The position numbers and the translations under genes were made by a program. A DNA stretch of 64,000 nucleotides, taken from positions 204,659-268,658 of the forward strand of contig JBBQUR010000005.1 in the NCBI GenBank assembly GCA_038212275.1. Direction: 5' to 3'. The notes beneath the pieces were generated by a model that was not told where the DNA came from, did not search any database, and saw only the letters and a list, made by a program, of their open reading frames with translations. Source of the stretch: Planctomycetota bacterium. Lineage in GTDB: Bacteria > Planctomycetota > B15-G4. Each line of letters begins with the position of its first letter. Positions within the stretch are counted from its first letter, which is position 1. Positions 32,195 through 42,331 of this stretch are shown piece by piece.

Positions 32195-33310
32195 ATGGCC
32201 TTCCCCGTCGGCGGCGAGCTCACGCCGACGCATGCCCGGGGCGTGCTGATGTTCGAGATCAAGGACAAGGATCGCGTGCGCATCCTCACCGCGGTGGCGA
32301 CGCGCGGCGCGGGCTACCAGGCGGCGCGCATCCTTGTCATCACGATCAGCCAGCTGCTGCTGCTCGCGGTGCCGCTGCTGGGCATCGTGCGGCTCGACCT
32401 GTGGGGAGGGCATCACGTCCTGCTCGGCGAGAGCGTGGGCTTCCTCGACGGGCTGCGCGGCTTCATCGTGGCCATCGGCATCCTGTGGGGCGTCACCTTC
32501 GCGAGCAACATCGTCGTCGGGCGCTTCTTCTGCGGCTGGGGCTGCCCGGTCGGATACGTGAGCCGCCTGGGCGAGGACGTCGAGCTGCGCAAGCGGCACC
32601 TGCTGCGGCGGCTGCTGTCGCACGCCTCGGGCGCCGCGTTCGTGGCGGTGTTCGTCGGCGCGATCATGCTCTGGTGGGTGGACTGGCACGTCATGCTGGA
32701 AGGCAGCCTGCGCGCGCGGCTGATCACCGGCGGGATCTTCGCGCTGCTGTGGGCCGGCGGCTTCCTGCACGCCTTCGTGTGGCGCTTCGGCTTCTGCAGG
32801 AGCGCGTGCCCGATCGGCCTCTACTACCGCTTCGTGACGAGCAAGTCGCCCATCGGCATCGTGTTCAGCAACGAGCCCTCGCCCTGCATCGAGTGCCACG
32901 CCTGCGAGAAGATCTGCCCGGTGGACATCGACCCGAAGCAGCTGGGCCAGCCGTTGCGGCGCGGCGGAGCAGAGGCGGCGAACGCGCCACACGCGCCACA
33001 CGCGGCGACTGCGACTGCGAGTGCGAGTGCGAAGGCGACTGCGAGTGCGACTGCGAGTGCGACTGCGAGTGCGACTGCGAACGCGAGTGCGAACGCGAGT
33101 GCGAACGCGAACGCGAGTGCGAACGTGGACGTGGACATCGTGCGTCTCGCGGCCCGGATGTCCGACGACGCGACACCGTCCGACGAGGGGGACGTCTACG
33201 GCAACGCCGAGTGCATCCGTTGCGGCGACTGCATCGAGGCCTGCCGCATGATCTTCAAGACTCGCGTCGGCGAGACGCCGCCCCTGCGCTTCGGGCGGGT
33301 GCAGCGGTAG
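32195..33310 (+). CDS. 4Fe-4S membrane protein, CcoG/FixG/NapH-like (start uncertain, possibly 32249)
   Basis: GRFFCGWGCP, FCRSACP, CIECHACEKICP, CIRCGDCIEAC. Confidence 0.85.
   Translation: MAFPVGGELTPTHARGVLMFEIKDKDRVRILTAVATRGAGYQAARILVITISQLLLLAVPLLGIVRLDLWGGHHVLLGESVGFLDGLRGFIVAIGILWGVTFASNIVVGRFFCGWGCPVGYVSRLGEDVELRKRHLLRRLLSHASGAAFVAVFVGAIMLWWVDWHVMLEGSLRARLITGGIFALLWAGGFLHAFVWRFGFCRSACPIGLYYRFVTSKSPIGIVFSNEPSPCIECHACEKICPVDIDPKQLGQPLRRGGAEAANAPHAPHAATATASASAKATASATASATASATANASANASANANASANVDVDIVRLAARMSDDATPSDEGDVYGNAECIRCGDCIEACRMIFKTRVGETPPLRFGRVQR
33005..33124. repeat. 6/12-bp in-frame repeat GCGANN encoding Ala-(Thr/Ser/Asn) between two ferredoxin motifs
   Basis: Read directly; about 20 units. 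Confidence 0.9.
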
Positions 33311-33507
33311 GCGCAGGACGGCTCACCTGGCCTTCCACGTGATGATCACGTCGTCAACGGCCCGGCCCTCGGCAACCGTCACGTCCACGCGGGAGTTCGC
33401 CGCGATGATGAGCTGCAGGAAGGGGTGGACCGGCCTGCCGTCGGCGCGCTCCGTCGGATGGTGAGCTGGCAGACGCTTGCAACCGGCGAGTGCGAAGACC
33501 GCGTACG

Positions 33508-34497
33508 CTACTCGTCGTCGTAGATGCGCAGGCCGAGAAGGGATTCGATTGCTCGGTGGTAGCGGGCTTCGAACTGCTCGTCTTCGCGCCGGGCCGCTTC
33601 GACGATCGGATGGCTGTCACCGGGCACGGTGACCGAGCCGGACTCGACGATGTCTCCGCCGACGACGCCGTGGTAGCGAACCGTGGTCGTGCAGCCGCCA
33701 CCACAGGAGTACCAGGTCTGCACGGACGCCGCGAGCGCGCGTTCCCGCAGCAGTCCTGGCAGTGCCTGGCCCACCGAGCGGATGAGGCCGTCACCCAGCG
33801 CGCTCCGGAGCGACGGCCAGTCGAAGGCCTCGGGGTTCGGGAGCTCGTAGCCCGTCGTCGGGTCGGTGAGTGCACTCGGGCGCATGACCTCGGCGCTGCT
33901 CAGCAGGATGTCGGCGAGCTCGCTCTCGAAGGACCACGACAGGTCCCCGACCTCGACCGAGCCGAGCGCCACGTCCGCGAAATCCAGCCGCAGCGCGTGG
34001 TGCAGGTCGGCACCCAGGCGGTTGTGATGGACATCGATCTGCAGGTCGGCCTTCTGCTGTTCCAGCGTGGCGATCTGTTCCGTGAGCAGCACGTTGTCGA
34101 GCCGCAGCGCAGTGAGTTCGCGCTCCAGCTCTCGGCGCGTCGGTTCGCCGTCCGTGGCGTCTTCGTCGGCAAGCGATGTGTCGTCCTCGCTTGCCGGCGA
34201 CAGGGCCAGCGGCGTGGCTTCGAGATCGGCGCGTTCCTGCGAGGGACATCGAACGTTCCGTCGCGGCGTGGTGCGTGACGTGCCCTCCGCAGTGCGTTGC
34301 GCGCCCACGCGATCGGCTTCCGGACTGCCTGGGCCAGCGCCTGCCGCTTCGCCCTGCGCGACGTCGGGCGCGGCGCCGCCCGGCCAGTCCGCCAGCCAGG
34401 CCTGCACGCCGGCCACGCCGGCGAGGGCCGTCAGCACGAGCCCTCCGAGCCACCGACCGGACGGCAACTCGGGCTGCGGGGACACGCGGGTGCTCAT
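33508..34497 (-). CDS. Hypothetical protein with N-terminal TM and coiled coil
   Basis: AGGAG RBS upstream; hydrophobic N-terminus; heptad LERELTALRLDNVLLTEQIATLEQQKADL; no recognised family. Confidence 0.65.
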   Translation of the reverse strand: MSTRVSPQPELPSGRWLGGLVLTALAGVAGVQAWLADWPGGAAPDVAQGEAAGAGPGSPEADRVGAQRTAEGTSRTTPRRNVRCPSQERADLEATPLALSPASEDDTSLADEDATDGEPTRRELERELTALRLDNVLLTEQIATLEQQKADLQIDVHHNRLGADLHHALRLDFADVALGSVEVGDLSWSFESELADILLSSAEVMRPSALTDPTTGYELPNPEAFDWPSLRSALGDGLIRSVGQALPGLLRERALAASVQTWYSCGGGCTTTVRYHGVVGGDIVESGSVTVPGDSHPIVEAARREDEQFEARYHRAIESLLGLRIYDDE

Positions 34498-34653
34498 CGG
34501 GGCGCTCCTGGGAAGCGGCCGCGCACGGAGGTGAGCCGCGTCACTCTCCGTGCGCTGCGCGACGCATCGCGCAGCTGCCGCGCTCTCGCGACATCGACCA
34601 CCTCACCGAACGTCGCGAGCCGCCTGTCGCGGACGCGCGTCTTGCAGAAGACC

Positions 34654-35124
<471 letters not shown>

Positions 35125-35394
35125 CGAGAATCTCCAGCGAGGTGAGCCGCCCCGCACCGCGCCGCGACCACACGCGGCGCGCCGCGAAGCCGGCGCAGGG
35201 GCGATCGGTATGCCACGCCGCCGAGCCGGCTTGCAACCGGTCCGCGGCGTGCGGGCGACGCGCGGTTGGCGTCCGGACAGCGTGTGCGCGGCCCGCACGA
35301 GGCCCGCGGCGCGTGCCCCCGGGCCGCGCCGCACCAGCCACGACGTAGGGCGCCCCGTGTGGTTACATGTGCCGAGACATTTCGGGAGCAGGGC

Positions 35395-35856
35395 ATGACC
35401 TTCGGCGCACGACTCGTGATCGTCCTGATGTGCACGACCGTCGGCGCGGCGCTGCTCGCCGGCTGCGGCGCGCCGGCGCCCGTCGGACCGCTGCCATTCA
35501 CCTCGGCGTCGTTCGACGAAGCCGGGGCGCAGGCCACCGCGCAGCACAAGCTGCTGCTCGTCGACGCGATGGCGAGCTGGTGCCCGCCGTGCCGGACGAT
35601 GGAGCGCGACGCGTGGCCCGAGGCGAAGGTCAGCGCGTGGATCGGCGCGCACGCCATCGCCGTGCAGGTGGATGTGGACGAGCAGGAGGCCGTGGCCCGC
35701 AGGCTCGACATCCGCGCGATGCCGACGCTCATCCTCTTCCGCGACGGCCAGGAGCTGGCCCGCAGCGTCGGCGGCATGGACGCCAACCAGTTGCTGAGCT
35801 GGCTCGAGACGTCCGGCGGCGCAGCGGCCCCGACGACTCCCGCGCCGCCGCGCTGA
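35395..35856 (+). CDS. Thioredoxin-family lipoprotein
   Basis: Lipobox LLAGC; WCPPC; cis-Pro motif AMPT. Confidence 0.88.
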   Translation: MTFGARLVIVLMCTTVGAALLAGCGAPAPVGPLPFTSASFDEAGAQATAQHKLLLVDAMASWCPPCRTMERDAWPEAKVSAWIGAHAIAVQVDVDEQEAVARRLDIRAMPTLILFRDGQELARSVGGMDANQLLSWLETSGGAAAPTTPAPPR

Positions 35857-36178
35857 TCCCAAGGCACGCTTCGGACACGGAGCGAGCGGCGGAAGTTTCG
35901 GTGGGGCCCTGCTGGTGAGCGTTCTGCTGGTCGTGCCGTCGTCGCGACTCCCGTGCCGCAGTCGGCAGCCACGCCGCCGCGCCGGCTTGCAACCGGAAGC
36001 GCCACGCCGGACGGGCCGCTGCACCGTTGCGCCGTGGTCCTGTGGCCCCGTGGCACCGTGGCACGTGGCATGTTGCACCACGGCATGACCGAGCCGCGGC
36101 GCCGCACGAGTCGCTGTCCCGCGACATGACGGCAGCCTGCGGCTGTGGTTACATGGGCGTGCCACGCGGAGTTCGGAG

Positions 36179-39064
36179 ATGATCCGACGCGACCTGCTGC
36201 TCACGACAGTCGTCCTGCTGCTGCTCCTTGCCGCGGCGGCGTGGCTGCTGCGGGAGAGCGGGAGCGACGGCGACGCCAACGCCGATGCGCAAGCCGGATT
36301 CGCGGCTCCCGCCGTGGTCGGCCGCGCGAGCGATGCTGCGACGGCCGAGGCGCCCGACCTCGCGGCCGGCCAGCTCGCTGCGCTGGCCGCCGAGTCCGTG
36401 CGCTCGCCAGGCGTGCAGCGCCTCGCCACCGGGAGAACTCCCGGCGCCGACACCTCCTGGACCGACGCGCGCGAGATCAGCTTCCGCGGCAGCGTGCTGG
36501 ACGAGCGCGGCGCGCCGCTCGCCGGGGCCGTCGTGGTCTACTGGCCGAACGACGTCACGCAGGCGCTCTACGGCGTGGACGAGTTCTCGCGCGGCGCAGC
36601 GCTGGACGGCTTGCCGCGCGCGCTCACCGGCGCCGACGGCCGCTTCGACGTGCGTGGCCGGCAGCGCGAAGGGCGTGGCGCCGCCGGGCTGCACGACCTG
36701 CCCAGCCTCGTCGTCATCGCCGGCGAGCACGCCATCCGCAGCCACGCCTGTGCGGGGATCGGGTCCGGCGTCGACTGCGACGCGGGCGACATCGCGATGG
36801 AGCGTGGCGGGCGCCTCGTCGGCCGCGTCGTGGACAGCGCGGGCCGGTTCATCGCGGGCGCCACCGTCGTGCCCTGGAGTGCCGTCGGCCTCTCGCTGGA
36901 GGCCGGGGAGCTCCCGGTGGACGGCGCGGCGCGCGGCGTGACGCGATCCGGGTGTCTGCTCGCGGCAGCCTTCGCCGCGACGACCAGCGAGGCCGACGGC
37001 CGCTTCGAGACCGGCCCGTTGTGGCCCGGCTCGACGCATTTCTCGGTCACCGCGCAAGGCTTCCAGCCGCTGGTGCAGAACGCCAGGGCTCTCCGCACCT
37101 CGCCGACCGATGTCGGCGAGATCGTGCTCCTCGACGGCCTCGTGCTGGCGGGCGTCGTGGTCGATGACCGCGGTGCGCCGGTGCCTGGCGCCAGCGTCCT
37201 GGCCTGGAAAATTCTTCCGAACGCCTCCGAGGCGCGCTTGTCCGGTGATGGCGACGTGCTGCTCAAGCTGCTGAAGCTGCGCGCGACAATCCCCTCGACG
37301 TTCAAGGCCACGGCGGACTCCCGAGGGCGCTTCGCATTCGACTCGCTCACGCCCGGCAGCCACGACGCCATCGTGGATGCCGAAGGTTTCGAACCGCTGC
37401 CGACCAGCGCGTCCATGCCCTGCGGCTCGGCCGAGCGCGTGCTGAGACTCGTGCGCGCCGCCACGCTGCGGCTGAACGTGGTGGATGCCGCGTCACACGT
37501 GCCCCTCGCTGCCGCGACGGTGACGGCGCGCCGCTTCACCGGCGAGAAGCTCGACACGGAGGGCGTCGCACTGCCCGTGTCGCGCACCGGCGCGCCGGGC
37601 ACGCTGCTCGTGGGACGCCTGGGCCTGCACCGCACCCTGCTGAGCATCGGCGCGCCGGGCTTCGCGACGAAGAGTCTCGAGCTGCCCGGCGCGACGCCGC
37701 CCGAGCAGATCGAGCTGACCGTCGCCCTGGAGTCCGCGGCGACGATTTCCGGGAAAGTGATCACGCGCGAGGGCGCGGGCCTCGTCGGAGCGCAGGTCGT
37801 TGCAACCTCCGCGGCAGCCGATGCGCCGGCGCCCACCCGCGTGGCCACCGATGCGAGAGGGTGCTTCGACCTGGAGGCGCTGGCGGCGGGCGAGTGGTCG
37901 CTGCGCGCGGAGGCGGAGGGCTTCGAGCCGGTGGAGCGCACGCTGCGCCTCGCCGCCAGTGAGCGACGCGCCCACATCGACTTCGTGCTGCCGGGCGCGG
38001 GCGTGGTCTTCGGCAGCTGCTTCCAGGCCGATGGGACTCCGAAGTCCCTGGCGAGCGTCTGGCTCAACTGGCTGGATGCGCAGGGAGATCCTCAAAACTT
38101 CGGCTCCCGCAAGCTGACGACCGACGCCGACGGCCACTACGAGTTGACCGGCATGAGGCTGGGCACGTGGCGCAGCAAGACCATGCCTCCCGTCGAGTTC
38201 ACGCTGGCGGCGGGCGAGCGGCGCCAGGTCGACTTCCGCGACGACCCGCCGACCTCGGTGCAGGGGCGCGTGCTGCAGGGCAACGGGCTGCCGGTGCCCG
38301 ACGCCTGGGTCTTCGTGCACTGGACGAAACCGGGTGGCCGCGACCGCATCACGCAGTCCCTGCGCGCCGATCGCGACGGCGCTTTTCTCTGGGACAGGGA
38401 TCGGCCGGGGCACGTGGAACTCGTGGCGGCGTCGCCCACGCAAGGCATGACCCAGGCCGCGGTGCTGGAACTGCAGCCGGGCGAGCATCTCGTCGTGAAC
38501 CTGATCCTCGGCACGGCGGGCGTGGCGGGCCGCGTGCTGCGCGTCGGAGACGAGGCGCCGGTGGGCGGCGCCTCGGTGCGCCTGCTGCCGCTGCTCGAGG
38601 GCGACGTCGCGGGCCTCTTCGACACGCTCGCGCCGGGCGGGGAGTCCGCGACCTTCGGCGTCGCTCGCACGGACGGCGACGGGCGCTTCGTGCTGCATCA
38701 CGTCGCGCCCGGGCGCTACAGCGTCGCCGTGGAATCGGTCGGCGCGTGCGCCGGTCCGCTCCCGCCGCTGACGGTCGGCGCCGCGGGCGTGTCGGACCTG
38801 CTGCTGCGCGTGGCAGCCCGGGGCTCGCTGTCCGGCACCGTGCGGCACGCATCGGGCGAGGCCTGGAAGGACGAGGCCTGGGTGACCGCCGACGGCCCCG
38901 ACGGTCGCCGCTTCGCGCAGACGATCAACGGGCGCTTCGAGCTCGGGGATCTCGCGCCCGGGGACTGGCGGCTGACCATGAAGCCCGTCAAGGGCCCGCG
39001 CATCGAGCAACACGTGACCGTGCTCTCGGGCCAGTGGATCGCCGTGGAACTCATCGTGCCGTGA
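36179..39064 (+). CDS. Large membrane-anchored carboxypeptidase-regulatory-like repeat protein
   Basis: N-terminal TM; repeated G.V.D..G.P..GA.V and T...GRF motifs. Confidence 0.85.
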   Translation: MIRRDLLLTTVVLLLLLAAAAWLLRESGSDGDANADAQAGFAAPAVVGRASDAATAEAPDLAAGQLAALAAESVRSPGVQRLATGRTPGADTSWTDAREISFRGSVLDERGAPLAGAVVVYWPNDVTQALYGVDEFSRGAALDGLPRALTGADGRFDVRGRQREGRGAAGLHDLPSLVVIAGEHAIRSHACAGIGSGVDCDAGDIAMERGGRLVGRVVDSAGRFIAGATVVPWSAVGLSLEAGELPVDGAARGVTRSGCLLAAAFAATTSEADGRFETGPLWPGSTHFSVTAQGFQPLVQNARALRTSPTDVGEIVLLDGLVLAGVVVDDRGAPVPGASVLAWKILPNASEARLSGDGDVLLKLLKLRATIPSTFKATADSRGRFAFDSLTPGSHDAIVDAEGFEPLPTSASMPCGSAERVLRLVRAATLRLNVVDAASHVPLAAATVTARRFTGEKLDTEGVALPVSRTGAPGTLLVGRLGLHRTLLSIGAPGFATKSLELPGATPPEQIELTVALESAATISGKVITREGAGLVGAQVVATSAAADAPAPTRVATDARGCFDLEALAAGEWSLRAEAEGFEPVERTLRLAASERRAHIDFVLPGAGVVFGSCFQADGTPKSLASVWLNWLDAQGDPQNFGSRKLTTDADGHYELTGMRLGTWRSKTMPPVEFTLAAGERRQVDFRDDPPTSVQGRVLQGNGLPVPDAWVFVHWTKPGGRDRITQSLRADRDGAFLWDRDRPGHVELVAASPTQGMTQAAVLELQPGEHLVVNLILGTAGVAGRVLRVGDEAPVGGASVRLLPLLEGDVAGLFDTLAPGGESATFGVARTDGDGRFVLHHVAPGRYSVAVESVGACAGPLPPLTVGAAGVSDLLLRVAARGSLSGTVRHASGEAWKDEAWVTADGPDGRRFAQTINGRFELGDLAPGDWRLTMKPVKGPRIEQHVTVLSGQWIAVELIVP

Positions 39065-39150
39065 CGGCGCGGTTCCGAGTCCTTCCAAGGCCGCAGGTTG
39101 ACGCCGTGGAGCGTGGCGCCAATGCTGTCCGTCTCGGGGACGAACGGCGC

Positions 39151-40605
39151 ATGTCACTCAGGAGTCCACGCATGATCATCGCGCAGCAGATCCTGATCCG
39201 AGCCACCGCGTGGTGGCGGCTGTTCCTCGAGTCGTCGTGCGCAGGGGGGCTGCTCGCGCTTGCCCTCGCGGCTCCCGCGCACGCCGCGGCGAGCCCGGCG
39301 CCCGCGCCGCAGGACGGTGCGCCTGCGAGCTCCGGCATCCCGCACGAAACGCTGGCGCCGGTCGTCGGCGAGCTGCCCTTCAGCAAGCTGCCGTATGCGG
39401 AGGCGCGCGACGCGGCAGCCGCGCAGGACAAGCTCTTCCTCGTGGATGCGACGGCAACGTGGTGCGGGCCGTGCAAGCAGATGGAGGCCGAGGCGTGGCC
39501 CGTCGCCGAGGTTGGCGCGTGGGTGGCGGCGCACGCCGTGGCGGTGCAGCTCGACGTGGACGCGGAGAAGGACATCGCGCGCGAGCTCGAGATCAGCGCG
39601 ATGCCGACGATCATCCTCTTCCGCGGCGACACGGAGCTGTTCCGGCACACGGGCAGCATGGACGCCGCCGCGCTGCTGACGTGGCTCGATGACGCTGCCG
39701 CGGGCCGCGCGGGCAAGGGCCCCGTGCTGGCCGAGGCGCTCGCGCTGATGCAGAGCAACGACTACAAGGCCCGTTACGCCATCGCCAAGGAACTGCAGCA
39801 GCTCCACGAGGACGAGCTGGCGTTGCAGCACTACCTCTGGCTGTGGCCCAACACGCGCGGCACGAGCTTCTCCGCCGTGCGCAGCTCCTTCATGCTCGGC
39901 GACATGAAGCGCCTCGCGGACGGCAACGAGGCGGCGCGCGAGGCCTTCGCGGAAGTCTTCGAGGAGATCCGCGAGAAGGTCGCGGAGGATGCCAGTCCGG
40001 ACCGCATGGACTGGCTCGAGTTCGACAGGTGGTGTTCCCACTTCGAGCACGGCGACGCGCTGCGTGCCTGGTACGACGACCATCATGAGCCCGACGGCAG
40101 CCTGCGTTGCGACTGGGCTGCCGACACGCTCTTCGAGCACTTCGTCGGAGCCGGCGACTGGGCTTCGGCGGGGCGTCTCGGCAAGCTCGAAGCGCGCGCG
40201 TCGAAGACGATCGGCGAGAAGGCCGCGATGAAGGAGGCGATGGTGAGGACGGGCAACGCCGGCATTCAGGCCGAGATGAAGTCGTGGTACGAGCAGCAGG
40301 TGCGAGACAAGCTCAGCGGCCTCTGCGCCGCGGCCTTTGCCGTCGGCGGCGACGACGAGGGCCGCGCCATCGCGACGATGCTGCTGGCCGAGCTGGACGA
40401 TGCGCCCACGCGCCTGCAGCTCGCGACGGTGAGCTTCGAGGCCGTGGGGGCGCGGCCCGAGCAAGTGACCTGGCTGGACGAGGCCGCGCAGCTGGACGGC
40501 GACGCCGAAGCGATCGATGTGCTGCGCGCCAGATTGCAGGCGGCCGCCGCCGAAGCGCCCGCGCTGCCGCTGCAACCGGCCGCGCCGCCTGAACCCCTGC
40601 GGTGA
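39151..40605 (+). CDS. Exported thioredoxin-family protein with helical C-terminal extension (start uncertain)
   Basis: Signal-like LLALALAAPAHA; WCGPC; AMPT. Confidence 0.85.
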   Translation: MSLRSPRMIIAQQILIRATAWWRLFLESSCAGGLLALALAAPAHAAASPAPAPQDGAPASSGIPHETLAPVVGELPFSKLPYAEARDAAAAQDKLFLVDATATWCGPCKQMEAEAWPVAEVGAWVAAHAVAVQLDVDAEKDIARELEISAMPTIILFRGDTELFRHTGSMDAAALLTWLDDAAAGRAGKGPVLAEALALMQSNDYKARYAIAKELQQLHEDELALQHYLWLWPNTRGTSFSAVRSSFMLGDMKRLADGNEAAREAFAEVFEEIREKVAEDASPDRMDWLEFDRWCSHFEHGDALRAWYDDHHEPDGSLRCDWAADTLFEHFVGAGDWASAGRLGKLEARASKTIGEKAAMKEAMVRTGNAGIQAEMKSWYEQQVRDKLSGLCAAAFAVGGDDEGRAIATMLLAELDDAPTRLQLATVSFEAVGARPEQVTWLDEAAQLDGDAEAIDVLRARLQAAAAEAPALPLQPAAPPEPLR

Positions 40606-40642
40606 CGGAGCCCCCTGCGATGACGGAGCCCCCTGCGGTGAC
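40594..40642. repeat. 18-bp tandem repeat CCCCCTGCGRTGACGGAG spanning a stop codon
   Basis: About 2.7 units, read directly. Confidence 0.85.
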
Positions 40643-40786
40643 TGCGCCCGTTTCGCTGGCGGAGCAGCCCTGACGGAACGGGCCGCCAGCGCTTGCCCGT
40701 CGCGCACGGGGCGGGTTTGATGGCGGCTCCGGCGCGCACCGCAGCGCGCCGGACGTCCACTCCCGCCATCCCGGAACCGTCCGCTC

Positions 40787-41530
40787 ATGAAGACCCTCGT
40801 CCTCCTCCGCCATGGCGAATCCCAGTGGAATCGCGAGAATCGCTTCACCGGCTGGGTGGACGTACCGCTCTCGGAGAAGGGCCTCGGCGAAGCGAAGGAA
40901 GCCGGACGCCTGCTCAAGGCCGAAGGGTTTGCCTTCGACGTCGTGCACACCTCCGTGCTCAAGCGCGCGATCAAGACGATGTGGATCGCGCTGGAAGAGC
41001 TGGACCTCATGTGGTTGCCGGTGCATCGCCACTGGCGCCTCAACGAGCGCCACTACGGCGCGCTGCAGGGCCTCAACAAGGCCGAGACCGCGGAGAAACA
41101 CGGCGAGGCCCAGGTGAAAATCTGGCGGCGCAGCTACGACATCCGCCCGCCGGCGCTGAGCTTGACCGACGCGATGTGGCCGGGCCACGACCGCCGTTAC
41201 GCGAGCCTCGGTCCCGGCGACGTGCCGCTGACGGAATGCCTCAAGGACACGGTCGCGCGCTTCCTCCCGCACTGGAACCAGGTCATCGCGCCGGCCGTGA
41301 AGCGCGGTGAGCGCGTGCTCATCGTGGCGCACGGGAATTCGCTGCGCGCGCTGGTCAAGCACCTCGACGCCATCTCCGACGCAGACATCGTGGAGCTGAA
41401 CATCCCGACCGGCGTGCCGCTGGTCTACGAGCTCAACGACGACCTCACGCCGATCCGCCACCGCTACCTGGGCGATGCGGCGGCCGTGGCTGCCGCCGCC
41501 GCGGCCGTGGCGAATCAGGGGAAGAAGTAA
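40787..41530 (+). CDS. gpmA: 2,3-bisphosphoglycerate-dependent phosphoglycerate mutase
   Basis: [38 protein letters not shown]. Confidence 0.98.
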   Translation: MKTLVLLRHGESQWNRENRFTGWVDVPLSEKGLGEAKEAGRLLKAEGFAFDVVHTSVLKRAIKTMWIALEELDLMWLPVHRHWRLNERHYGALQGLNKAETAEKHGEAQVKIWRRSYDIRPPALSLTDAMWPGHDRRYASLGPGDVPLTECLKDTVARFLPHWNQVIAPAVKRGERVLIVAHGNSLRALVKHLDAISDADIVELNIPTGVPLVYELNDDLTPIRHRYLGDAAAVAAAAAAVANQGKK

Positions 41531-41583
41531 CGGCTCGGCAGGTCGGTGCTTCGGGCGCTGACGCGCGGCGCGCGCTCGGGCCG

Positions 41584-42150
41584 CTGCTGCGTGCAGGCGG
41601 CCGCTGGTCGCGCCTCGTCGCGCCGCTGCTTGTCGTCTGCGCCGCGGGCACGTGTGGCGGCTGCGAGTCGGTGGATCGCTACATGCGCAACCGGCTGTTC
41701 GATGCCACCGATGTCGTGGACTTCAAGTACGGGCGAGCGCTGGGACTCGGCGCGAAAGTCGAGGCAACGCTCTACCTTGGCGCAGGCTTCGGACTCGCGA
41801 CGGTGGAGTCGTTCCGGGAGTGGTACGGGCGCCACGCGACGGACTTCCGCTGGGACGGCGAGTTTCACCTGTCCGGCGAGGGCATCTTTGCGCACCTCGG
41901 CTTCATCGGCTCGGACGGCGGCGATCCGGGCAACGTGGCGCAGGGCAGCGTGAACGCCGTGGCGCTCAACGTGCTGATGCTGTGGGGCACCGACGACCCG
42001 CCGATGATCGACCGCTGGCGCTTCGGCGGCGAGGTGCTGCTGCCCGGCGCGCTGGGCGGCATCTACCTCAACCTTGGCGAGCTCTACGACTTCTTCGCCG
42101 GACTCGTCGGCGGCGACCCGGCCGAGGACGACGGACTGCCCAAGCGCTGA
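41584..42150 (+). CDS. Hypothetical (lipo)protein; start uncertain (first canonical GTG 41671 or ATG 41683; possible CTG 41584)
   Basis: In-frame upstream stretch RWSRLVAPLLVVCAAGTCGGC looks like a signal peptide; body YMRNRLFDATD...GELYDFFAGL.G.D. Confidence 0.6.
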   Translation: MLRAGGRWSRLVAPLLVVCAAGTCGGCESVDRYMRNRLFDATDVVDFKYGRALGLGAKVEATLYLGAGFGLATVESFREWYGRHATDFRWDGEFHLSGEGIFAHLGFIGSDGGDPGNVAQGSVNAVALNVLMLWGTDDPPMIDRWRFGGEVLLPGALGGIYLNLGELYDFFAGLVGGDPAEDDGLPKR

Positions 42151-42331
42151 ACCGGGCACGGTGCCAACCGTTGCAAGCCCCGCGCCCCTCGCCGAGCGGG
42201 CAGGGGCCTGACGGAAGCGCGCCGGGTCGATCAGCAGCGCGTGCAGGCGCGCCGGGGGGCTGCGCTGTGTAGAGTGGTGCGTTCCGTGCTCACCCCAGAG
42301 ACCCGAAGCGATCGACGCGGAGCCAGAGCGC

